A stretch of DNA of 64,000 nucleotides from Auanema rhodensis (Eukaryota; Animalia; Nematoda). The stretch covers positions 4,774,001 to 4,838,000 of the forward strand of contig OZ059898.1 of assembly GCA_964057225.1 (NCBI GenBank). The letters are read 5' to 3'. The stretch's first letter is position 1. Each line of letters starts with the position of its first letter. This document shows positions 1 to 9,600 of this stretch, piece by piece. The position numbers and the translations under genes are program-made. The notes under the pieces are model-generated. The model worked only from the letters and a program-made list of their open reading frames with translations, ran no database searches and had not been told where the DNA came from.

Positions 1-3000
1 GATCAATTCAAGGAAACAATCCAACAAAAAGAAGATGGTTACTACGTATCATTCCCATGGAAAGACAACGCCCATCTACTCCCCGACAACAAAGTTTTAG
101 CACTCAAAAGACTCACCAGTCTTGTACTAAAACTATCCCAACAACCAACATTACTCGAAGGATACAACAAAATAATTGAAGAACAGTTGGACCTAGGAAT
201 AATCGAAGAAGCTAAAGACCCTTATTCCAACGCATACAGGATCCATTACATAGCTCACCAAGCAGTAGTAACTCCTCAGAAAGAGACTACTAAAATCAGG
301 ATTGTCTACGATGCTTCTGGACATTATCAAAACAAGCCTAGCTTGAACGACGTCATACACCAAGGACCACTAATCTTACCATCACTAATTGGAATGATTC
401 TAAGATTCAGATGTGGAAACACAGCTATGATAGCGGACGTACAAAAAGCCTTCTTACAAATTCGACTCCATGAGTCAGAAAGAGATGCTACTCGTTTCTT
501 TTGGCTCAGAGATATTCATCAACCACTAAGCACGGACAACACCAGAACTCTACGATTCTGCCGAGTACCATTTGGCATCAATGCATCACCATTCCTTCTC
601 GGAGCCACCATACGACACCACCTACAGAAGAAAAGCTCAGAAAGTCTTCTAGCACATAAAATCAAAGACAATCTTTATGTGGACAACTTACTCCTTGCCT
701 CTGACTCAGCAGACCAAGTCAGAATGTGGTATTCCGAAACAAAGGATATATTCCAGGAAATGAATATGAAACTCCAAGAGTTCATATCCAACGATCAGAT
801 ATTCAATTCAAATCTGACTCCTGAAGAACGGAATGCCTCCACAACACCTAAAATATTAGGACTTCCCTGGGACACATTATCAGACCAATGGATAATTCAA
901 GCTCAAATCCCGGAAACCAAGCTAACAAAGAGAGGAGTCACACAAGCTATCGCATCAATCTTCGATCCAATGGGTATGATCTGCCCAAGTTTACACCCAC
1001 TACGAATCTTCCTTCAAAATCTATGGACAGAAAGTTTCGATTGGGACACTACACTACCAATGGAAATCCAAACCAGATGGAAACAATTATGCGAAAATTT
1101 TCACATCAACATAAGGATCCCCCGTCCCCTACCATCGGATACCAATGGACAATACCATCTGGTAACATGTACCGATTCTAGCGGCAATGCATTAGGATTC
1201 TGCTGCTACTTAATCGCAGCATCAACACGACAATTAGCCTTAATATTCGCAAAATCTAAATTGCATTCCAAAAACTCAACAATAACAATTCCAAAGGCTG
1301 AAATCTCGGCACTAACGATTGGAGTTTTTAACACGCTAAAAATCGTGAAGGAAATACAGGACAACATCAAGATTCTAACAGCTACATTCCTCTCCGACTC
1401 AGAAATAACACTTGCTTGGATTCGCAAAAAACCAGACCAAAAAACGACAGGAGTTTTAGTACAGAACCGAATCAAGGAAATTTCTAATCACATTGAAGAG
1501 CTCGAAGATCTGGACATAAAAACTTCATTTGGATACATCCACACCAAAGACAACCCAGCGGACCTAGCCACAAGAGGCTGCACAACTGAAGAACTTGAGG
1601 ATCACTTTTGGTGGAACCCAAAAGCACAGCTAGAAAAAGCTTTAAACGGACCTCTGTTTTCACTCTGTGACGAAGAAATACGGATACACGCAGCCACTAC
1701 AGAAACAAGCGATGAAGAACCTTGGATATCAGACTGCTCATCCTGGATTGAAGCTCAACAAAAATGGATATCCGTACACTACCCACTCACAACAACTCAT
1801 ACGCCTTCCATGTATGAAGAAGCAGAAACCAATCTTCTTCACCTTCATCAAAACAATTTAATGGTCAGGCTATCAGCAGCCCAAAGGAACGATTTGCGAC
1901 CTTTACTTAGAAACCATTTATGGTATAGTAGAGGACGTATGAACAATGCTGAACTCGAAGAGAGTGCAAAACTACCGATTATAATCTTACCTAAAACAAA
2001 AACGGCAAGATTATTAATCGAACATGTTCACGGACAACTCCACAAGAACACAGCACACACAATGGCTGATATTCGCCAAAAATACTGGATACCGCAACTT
2101 CGCTCACAAACTCAATCCGTAATAAGGAAATGCCCTGATTGTCAAAAGATGAACAATCGGCCATACATCTACCCACCTTCAGGAGATGTACCAAGCAGAC
2201 GTATAAGGAAAAGTCGCCCATTTCAACACGTTGGACTAGACTACTTCGGACCCATAACAACACAGGACCGAAACCAGAAAGCTTGGGGCTGCATCTACAC
2301 CTGTACCGTCACAAGACTCATTCACTTGGAAGTGATTGAAGATTTAACTACTAAATCTTTCTTGAGTTGCTTGAGAAAAATTTGGGCCAGACGAGGATGC
2401 CCAGAAAGCATCACATGTGACAATGCATCTACCTTCGAGCTAGGACAGAAAATCGCCAACAAGCTCATCGTAACAGCCACTACTAACACTTCCGAGAATC
2501 AGCATCGAATCAAATGGTACAACATAACTCCATACGCCCCATGGCAAGGAGGATTTTATGAACGACTCATAAGATCAGTAAAAAATGCCTTATACAAAAC
2601 ACTTCACGGCACACCATCAACAGAAGAATTGTCAATCACATTGGCAGAATGTGAAGCGACAATCAACACACGACCACTAACCTATATTGGATCAGACACG
2701 ACGAGAGACGAAATCATTCGACCATGCGACTTCATCCATAAGGACATAGATCTGAACATCTACATTGAATCTGAAGATGAAGATTCAGAATACATCGACA
2801 ATCCAGCTCTTCAAACACAAGCAGATACGGAACTAGCCTTACACTCTTCCCGTAAACGGACAAACAAATTTTGGGAACTATGGTCTGAACTCTACCTCAA
2901 AGAACTCCGAGAGTCTCATCACCACACAATATCCGTGAAGAAAGCAGGCACCAACACAAAACCAGAAATTGGACAAATCGTTTTGATCAACGATAGCCCA

Positions 3001-6000
3001 ATTCCTAGACACAAATGGCCAACAGGACGAATTACGAATATTCACCCCGACTCAGCGGGTAATATAAGGGAAGTCACACTTCTATCAGAGAATGGAAGAG
3101 AATTGAAAAGACCAGTCAACTTACTACACCCAATGGAACTATCCACGGACAATATTCCACAAACTCTTCAGAAATTGGAAACTATAAGCCCCGCAGTCAC
3201 TCAACGACAACAAAATCCTCGCAATCTTGAAAGAAAATGGTACGGAGAAACTGCATCAATACTCACTCTTCTAACAATATTCACTATATTCCTACCTACA
3301 ACAATGGCCAATCCAACTATCTCCTGCAATCCAAAGGGAGTCTTGATACAAGGAATGAACACGGATAATCAACAAGTATGCTCACACAACACTTGTTACA
3401 ACAGTAGTGAAGGAGGATTGATAACTCTTCCTCTTGAGGACATCCTATCAGACTACGAAGTAACTTGGACCTTTAATCACAACTCCAGACTACAATACAT
3501 GACATTAAACTGTCCAGCAGTTCATTTTTGCTCTACAGTGTCATGCACGTTCTGCTCAGCCACATTATTTAACCCATCTTGCTGGCCCTGGACCTCTATG
3601 TTACTATTCAGCTTCATAACCTACATAATCACAGCCATTTGCTACGGACTATTGCATTCACCATGGGTCATTGGAAAAGCCATCAGACTTTGGACCAACT
3701 TCATATACGCAATATGCACATCGTTATTCGGACAGCTATACATCCGGACAAATAGATTTAACAAGAAAACAGTTATCCCATTAATAACGCTTCTGTTAAT
3801 TCACCAATCAATGGCTTGCCAAGAACTTAGTATGAGCACTTCCCAAGAATCCTCATGCAACAAAGAAACATGCAAGATACAGACTGGACAATCTCTCACT
3901 ATCAGCCCGTACACACAAGAAGCATGCCTAACGTTCACTAACAATCAGAACAAGTTCTCCTTTCTGCGCATACAATGGATCAAAACAACATACTTCTGTG
4001 AAATCCGTTCACTCTTCTTCACCCGAGCAACCAGTACTCATGTAAAGAATAGCAAAAGATGCGCAAGAACTGGATCTTGCCAAGAAAACAAATGCAGCAC
4101 CATTCAATCGGACACCATGGTTCACGAACTAGAACTAGCCAACCAATATCCTGGATCTACACACTGCACAGAATCCTGCGGAGGATTTGGCTGTGGCTGC
4201 TTCTATCCATCTTCAGGATGCCTCTTCTACCGCACCTACATGAAACCTATAGACAAATCTGTTTACGAAGTCTTTTCATGTAACGAATGGATACCTTCCA
4301 CACAACTACATATCACCTATCTGAACGGAACCACAACCACTTCACGGAACATCACGCTTCATTCGGACATTCAAACAGACGTACATCCTTTCAAATTCTC
4401 CGCAATCAGTCTAACACCTCCTATTATTCCAAGAATGCAAGGACAATTTATTAGAAATTTGACAAGACTGGCCATATGGAACATGAAGTCTACACTGACA
4501 TGCTCATCTCATGAAAAAGCAAAGAAATTGGACTGTAAAGCAAACCCTCAGTGTGAATGCACTCCTGCAGAAGACTCAGTCAACTGCCATTGTGAAAACC
4601 AGAACATTCAATCAGTCTTTAACAGTGTTCAAACCATTTTACCTATATTCACACCTGCTTACTCAATCGAACAGTCACAACGGAACCTTGAAATCAACAT
4701 CTATCGCAACATGATGGCAGAAATTTATGTAACAGTGGATGGAATCTTCAATGTATCATCATCGCACGACGACTCGACATGTTTAATCCATGACTCAATG
4801 GTTAGAGGATGCTACAACTGCCAAAACGGAGCACAAGCCAACATCATATGTACTTCACCCATAAATGCTTTAGCTGCCACGAACTGCGGTGACACAGCCT
4901 TTATGCTACAATGCAGTCCAAAAGGAACATCAAACAATATTCGATTACCTATCACTACAGCATCACCATGGATCAACTGTTCATATTCATGCGGACACAA
5001 TATACAATATTTCTCTCTAACAGGAATATTATATTACGTCAGCAATATTCAGGACCTGCAGAAACACTACATAGAAGGAAACCACTCCTCACTTCACGAA
5101 ACAGCTATTACCTTTCAATGGCCCGATATTACCCATTTCTACAACATCTACCTAGGCTGGTACAAAGAAATTGCAATCTGCATCCTTATAGTAATGCTAG
5201 CCCTTGCTGTTTCTTATCACATCATCGCGGCTTACGCAACAAAATTCACCGTCAGCTCCGCCCATGTCATCATTCACCTCGTAAAAATTATTCTCTGGTT
5301 ACCCATCGCTGTCACCAGCTTCTTCGCCCGCCAGCTCTTTCTTCTATACAAAAGAAAGACTCACATCCTTCTCGTATTCATACTCACTATAATGTCTATT
5401 CCTACTACTCGCTGCTCCGATATTCAAGGTGTCATTGATCGCTCCAATCATAGATGCCAGAAATACATCCGACTTCCCTTGGAAAAGAGGACCGAATGCC
5501 TCAAAGAACTGACTAGGACCATGGACTCCACCCTGAAGCTTCTCTTTAGCTTAGAGGAGAACAAGGAAACCCCCACCGGAAAGGTCAACGATGTCGCAGC
5601 TAATGCTTTAATAGCATACATCAAGCTCAAAGATTTCCTATCTACAGCTAAAACATCTTATGTTTTTAATATGGAAAAGGAAAAGCTTAGAATTTTTGGC
5701 AATGAGAAGCGCCTCACAGACCTCGTCCGCAACATTCAGAAGGACCATCTTAGCTCTATCGAACTTAAGAACATGCCTTATGGATTTACAAAGGTCCAGA
5801 AGGAAAGGGATCCAGCTCCCACTACAAAGAGCAACATTATAGTCGTAGAAGCTATGCCCGAACTCAAAAGGATAGATCTCACAACCCGCAACATCGGTGA
5901 GGATCTTACAACTTTGACTCGAATTATTATGAGATCAAACAATGACGACAAAGGCAAGGACATATTGGATGAACTCCGACAGATCAAGGACCTATTGAAG

Positions 6001-6162
6001 CAAATGGTCCCAAAGACCATTCAGCCAACCTTATCAAAGGACACCCAAACACCACCAAGAAAACTGAGAACAAAAAGGACAGAAACAGACCTACCACCAG
6101 CCAAGCAGTCACGAACATCACCCAGTAAGGACAGTACGATCGAGTTCCAGGACATCTTCTAA
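1..6162 (+). CDS. Belpaovirus pol-env polyprotein (RT, RNase H, integrase, Gn, Gc, C-terminal extension); 5'-partial
   Basis: Frame is open from base 1 (DQFKETIQQKEDGYYVSFPWK...), so the listed TTG start at 187 is not the real start. Motifs: KIRIVYDAS, ADVQKAFLQI, RVPFGINASPF, RT YVDN (676-687), RNase H DSS/DSE/NPADLATRG, integrase H-H-C-C, GLDYFGP, CDNA, PWQGGFYER, LKRPVNLLHPME; stop TAA 6160-6162. Confidence 0.95.
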   Translation, partial: DQFKETIQQKEDGYYVSFPWKDNAHLLPDNKVLALKRLTSLVLKLSQQPTLLEGYNKIIEEQLDLGIIEEAKDPYSNAYRIHYIAHQAVVTPQKETTKIRIVYDASGHYQNKPSLNDVIHQGPLILPSLIGMILRFRCGNTAMIADVQKAFLQIRLHESERDATRFFWLRDIHQPLSTDNTRTLRFCRVPFGINASPFLLGATIRHHLQKKSSESLLAHKIKDNLYVDNLLLASDSADQVRMWYSETKDIFQEMNMKLQEFISNDQIFNSNLTPEERNASTTPKILGLPWDTLSDQWIIQAQIPETKLTKRGVTQAIASIFDPMGMICPSLHPLRIFLQNLWTESFDWDTTLPMEIQTRWKQLCENFHINIRIPRPLPSDTNGQYHLVTCTDSSGNALGFCCYLIAASTRQLALIFAKSKLHSKNSTITIPKAEISALTIGVFNTLKIVKEIQDNIKILTATFLSDSEITLAWIRKKPDQKTTGVLVQNRIKEISNHIEELEDLDIKTSFGYIHTKDNPADLATRGCTTEELEDHFWWNPKAQLEKALNGPLFSLCDEEIRIHAATTETSDEEPWISDCSSWIEAQQKWISVHYPLTTTHTPSMYEEAETNLLHLHQNNLMVRLSAAQRNDLRPLLRNHLWYSRGRMNNAELEESAKLPIIILPKTKTARLLIEHVHGQLHKNTAHTMADIRQKYWIPQLRSQTQSVIRKCPDCQKMNNRPYIYPPSGDVPSRRIRKSRPFQHVGLDYFGPITTQDRNQKAWGCIYTCTVTRLIHLEVIEDLTTKSFLSCLRKIWARRGCPESITCDNASTFELGQKIANKLIVTATTNTSENQHRIKWYNITPYAPWQGGFYERLIRSVKNALYKTLHGTPSTEELSITLAECEATINTRPLTYIGSDTTRDEIIRPCDFIHKDIDLNIYIESEDEDSEYIDNPALQTQADTELALHSSRKRTNKFWELWSELYLKELRESHHHTISVKKAGTNTKPEIGQIVLINDSPIPRHKWPTGRITNIHPDSAGNIREVTLLSENGRELKRPVNLLHPMELSTDNIPQTLQKLETISPAVTQRQQNPRNLERKWYGETASILTLLTIFTIFLPTTMANPTISCNPKGVLIQGMNTDNQQVCSHNTCYNSSEGGLITLPLEDILSDYEVTWTFNHNSRLQYMTLNCPAVHFCSTVSCTFCSATLFNPSCWPWTSMLLFSFITYIITAICYGLLHSPWVIGKAIRLWTNFIYAICTSLFGQLYIRTNRFNKKTVIPLITLLLIHQSMACQELSMSTSQESSCNKETCKIQTGQSLTISPYTQEACLTFTNNQNKFSFLRIQWIKTTYFCEIRSLFFTRATSTHVKNSKRCARTGSCQENKCSTIQSDTMVHELELANQYPGSTHCTESCGGFGCGCFYPSSGCLFYRTYMKPIDKSVYEVFSCNEWIPSTQLHITYLNGTTTTSRNITLHSDIQTDVHPFKFSAISLTPPIIPRMQGQFIRNLTRLAIWNMKSTLTCSSHEKAKKLDCKANPQCECTPAEDSVNCHCENQNIQSVFNSVQTILPIFTPAYSIEQSQRNLEINIYRNMMAEIYVTVDGIFNVSSSHDDSTCLIHDSMVRGCYNCQNGAQANIICTSPINALAATNCGDTAFMLQCSPKGTSNNIRLPITTASPWINCSYSCGHNIQYFSLTGILYYVSNIQDLQKHYIEGNHSSLHETAITFQWPDITHFYNIYLGWYKEIAICILIVMLALAVSYHIIAAYATKFTVSSAHVIIHLVKIILWLPIAVTSFFARQLFLLYKRKTHILLVFILTIMSIPTTRCSDIQGVIDRSNHRCQKYIRLPLEKRTECLKELTRTMDSTLKLLFSLEENKETPTGKVNDVAANALIAYIKLKDFLSTAKTSYVFNMEKEKLRIFGNEKRLTDLVRNIQKDHLSSIELKNMPYGFTKVQKERDPAPTTKSNIIVVEAMPELKRIDLTTRNIGEDLTTLTRIIMRSNNDDKGKDILDELRQIKDLLKQMVPKTIQPTLSKDTQTPPRKLRTKRTETDLPPAKQSRTSPSKDSTIEFQDIF
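3253..5330 (+). other. Phlebovirus-like Gn/Gc class II envelope glycoprotein region within the polyprotein
   Basis: Signal-like ASILTLLTIFTIFLPTTMA; Cys-rich Gn (CPAVHFCSTVSCTFCSATLFNPSCWP) plus TM; second signal (LITLLLIHQSMA|CQE, Gc starts ~3817); Gc Cys pattern with fusion-loop motif CTESCGGFGCGCFYPSSGCLF (~4165-4227); C-terminal TM ~5170-5226. Confidence 0.9.
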
Positions 6163-6176
6163 CTCGTCGGCCGGAG

Positions 6177-6625
6177 TGTGCTTGAGCACTCTATATTCCT
6201 AAAAAACCTTAAAAACTCTATCTTTTTCTAATACTTCATAATTCTTTATAAATCTCTTTTAACTGATCAATATTCGTGTAAGTTGAACCTAAGGCTCTTT
6301 TTACTCATGACTCATAGGCTACTCATCCCCCACGCATATCTCCGCAGAATAAGCATGAGATAACGTTTGCTTCTCCTCCCCCTTTTTGTATCTCTGAATT
6401 CTCTAAGTTAACATTATATCTTGCCTCTCGCGTTAGTATATAAGCCGAGAGGATTCCTCAAATTCTTATGTGTCAATAGTGTAAAAGAATTTATTCTTGT
6501 TACCGTTGCATAATAAATATTCTCTCCATATTCTCTTCGATCAAGAGCACTACAAAAATCTACCACTGAACCAACTATGCCACTGCTCCGCTCACCCATT
6601 TCTAAGGACACGACGGCGCAAAACA
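6177..6625 (+). repeat. 3' LTR of the BEL/Pao element (~449 bp)
   Basis: Starts TGT right after GC-rich tract CTCGTCGGCCGGAG (6163-6176) that follows the stop codon; ends ...AAACA at 6625 exactly where satellite sequence begins; internal TATATAA (6437-6443) and AATAAA (6512-6517). The 5' LTR is outside the window, so boundaries are not confirmed by LTR-LTR identity. Confidence 0.8.
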
Positions 6626-9600
6626 ATAAAAATACTCTGAGGTTGGGTATTCAGATGTGCAGAATCTGAATTTCTTAGTCAGATTTGGCTGTGCTTTTTC
6701 AAATTTCCGGAAAAAAGGTTTATATCGACCCCATCCACAAGATTTGTTCACAAAAAAGTTCAGGCTGTAGGCACGTTGTGTCCGGTGATTATTCGATTTT
6801 GTCAAAGATCATACACTATAATTAAATAAAAATACTCTGAGGTTGGGTATTCAGATGTGCAGAATCTGAATTTCTTAGTCAGATTTGGCTGTGACTTTTC
6901 AAATTTCCGGAAAAAAGGTTTATATCGACCCCATCCACAAGATTTGTTCACAAAAAAGTTCAGGCTGTAGGCACGTTGTGTCCGGTGATTGTTCGATTTT
7001 GTCAAAGATTATTAACTATAATCAAATAAAAATATTCTGAGGTTGGGTATTCAGATGTGTAGATTCTGAATTTCTTAGTGAGATTTGGCTGTGACTTTTC
7101 AAATTTCCGGAAAAAAGGTTTATATCGACCCCATCCACAAGATTTGTTCACAAAAAAGTTCAGGCTGTAGGCACGTTGTGTCCGGTGATTGTTCGATTTT
7201 GTCAAAGATCATACACTATAATTAAATAAAAATACTCTGAGGTTGGGTATTCAGATGTGCAGAATCTGAATTTCTTAGTCAGATTTGGCTGTGACTTTTC
7301 AAATTTCCGGAAAAAAGGTTTATATCGACCCCATCCACAAGATTTGTTCACAAAAAAGTTCAGGCTGTAGGCACGTTGTGTCCGGTGATTGTTCGATTTT
7401 GTCAAAGATTATTAACTATAATCAAATAAAAATACTCTGAGGTTGGGTATTCAGATGTGCAGAATCTGAATTTCTTAGTCAGATTTGGCTGTGCTTTTTC
7501 AAATTTCCGGAAAAAAGGTTTATATCGACCCCATCCACAAGATTTGTTCACAAAAAAGTTCAGGCTGTAGGCACGTTGTGTCCGGTGATTGTTCGATTTT
7601 GTCAAAGATCATACACTATAATTAAATAAAAATACTCTGAGGTTGGGTATTCAGATGTGCAGAATCTGAATTTCTTAGTCAGATTTGGCTGTGACTTTTC
7701 AAATTTCCGGAAAAAAGGTTTATATCGACCCCATCCACAAGATTTGTTCACAAAAAAGTTCAGGCTGTAGGCACGTTGTGTCCGGTGATTGTTCGATTTT
7801 GTCAAAGATTATTAACTATAATCAAATAAAAATATTCTGAGGTTGGGTATTCAGATGTGTAGATTCTGAATTTCTTAGTGAGATTTGGCTGTGACTTTTC
7901 AAATTTCCGGAAAAAAGGTTTATATCGACCCCATCCACAAGATTTGTTCACAAAAAAGTTCAGGCTGTAGGCACGTTGTGTCCGGTGATTGTTCGATTTT
8001 GTCAAAGATCATACACTATAATTAAATAAAAATACTCTGAGGTTGGGTATTCAGATGTGCAGAATCTGAATTTCTTAGTCAGATTTGGCTGTGACTTTTC
8101 AAATTTCCGGAAAAAAGGTTTATATCGACCCCATCCACAAGATTTGTTCACAAAAAAGTTCAGGCTGTAGGCACGTTGTGTCCGGTGATTGTTCGATTTT
8201 GTTAAAGATTATACACTATATTCAAATAAAAATACTCTGAGGTTGGGTATTCAGATGTGCAGAATCTGAATTTCTTAGTCAGATTTGGCTGTGCTTTTTC
8301 AAATTTCCGGAAAAAAGGTTTATATAGACCCCATCCACAAGATTTGTTCACAAAAAAGTTCAGGCTGTAGGCACGTTGTGTCCGGTGATTGTTCGATTTT
8401 GTCAAAGATTATTAACTATAATCAAATAAAAATATTCTGAGGTTGGGTATTCAGATGTGTAGATTCTGAATTTCTTAGTCAGATTTGGCTGTGACTTTTC
8501 AAATTTCCGGAAAAAAGGTTTATATCGACCCCATCCACAAGATTTGTTCACAAAAAAGTTCAGGCTGTAGGCACGTTGTGTCCGGTGATTGTTCGATTTT
8601 GTCAAAGATTATTAACTATAATCAAATAAAAATATTCTGAGGTTGGGTATTCAGATGTGTAGATTCTGAATTTCTTAGTCAGATTTGGCTGTGCTTTTTC
8701 AAATTTCCGGAAAAAAGGTTTATATAGACCCCATCCACAAGATTTGTTCACAAAAAAGTTCAGGCTGTAGGCACGTTGTGTCCGGTGATTGTTCGATTTT
8801 GTCAAAGATCATACACTATAATCAAATAAAAATACTCTGAGGTTGGGTATTCAGATGTGCAGAATCTGAAGTTCTTAGTCAGATTTGGCTGTGACTTTTC
8901 AAATTTCCGGAAAAAATGTTTATATCGACCCCATCCACAAGATTTGTTCACAAAAAAGTTCAGGCTGTAGGCACGTTGTGTCCGGTGATTGTTCGATTTT
9001 GTCAAAGATCATACACTATAATCAAATAAAAATACTCTGAGGTTGGGTATTCAGATGTGCAGAATCTGAAGTTCTTAGTCAGATTTGGCTGTGACTTTTC
9101 AAATTTCCGGAAAAAAGGTTTATATCGACCCCATCCACAAGATTTGTTCACAAAAAAGTTCAGGCTGTAGGCACGTTGTGTCCGGTGATTGTTCGATTTT
9201 GTCAAAGATCATACACTATAATCAAATAAAAATACTCTGAGGTTGGGTATTCAGATGTGCAGAATCTGAAGTTCTTAGTCAGATTTGGCTGTGACTTTTC
9301 AAATTTCCGGAAAAAATGTTTATATCGACCCCATCCACAAGATTTGTTCACAAAAAAGTTCAGGCTGTAGGCACGTTGTGTCCGGTGATTGTTCGATTTT
9401 GTCAAAGATCATACACTATAATCAAATAAAAATACTCTGAGGTTGGGTATTCAGATGTGCAGAATCTGAAGTTCTTAGTCAGATTTGGCTGTGACTTTTC
9501 AAATTTCCGGAAAAAAGGTTTATATCGACCCCATCCACAAGATTTGTTCACAAAAAAGTTCAGGCTGTAGGCACGTTGTGTCCGGTGATTGTTCGATTTT

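Larger units (their letters stand above)
1..6625 (+). mobile_element. BEL/Pao (Belpaoviridae; Cer7/Cer13/Atlas-like) LTR retroelement with env, 5' part cut off by the window edge
   Basis: Single uninterrupted polyprotein in BEL/Pao order RT-RNaseH-IN-env, followed by a PPT-like tract and a TG...CA-bounded LTR; A/C-rich coding strand unlike the host DNA. Confidence 0.95.

Noticed and set aside
187-189. Listed start of the 1991-aa ORF
   Set aside because: It is an internal TTG (Leu); the frame is open back to base 1.
4911-5438. 175-aa overlapping ORF within env
   Set aside because: Explained by stop-codon scarcity in alternative frames of an A/C-rich strand; no motif.
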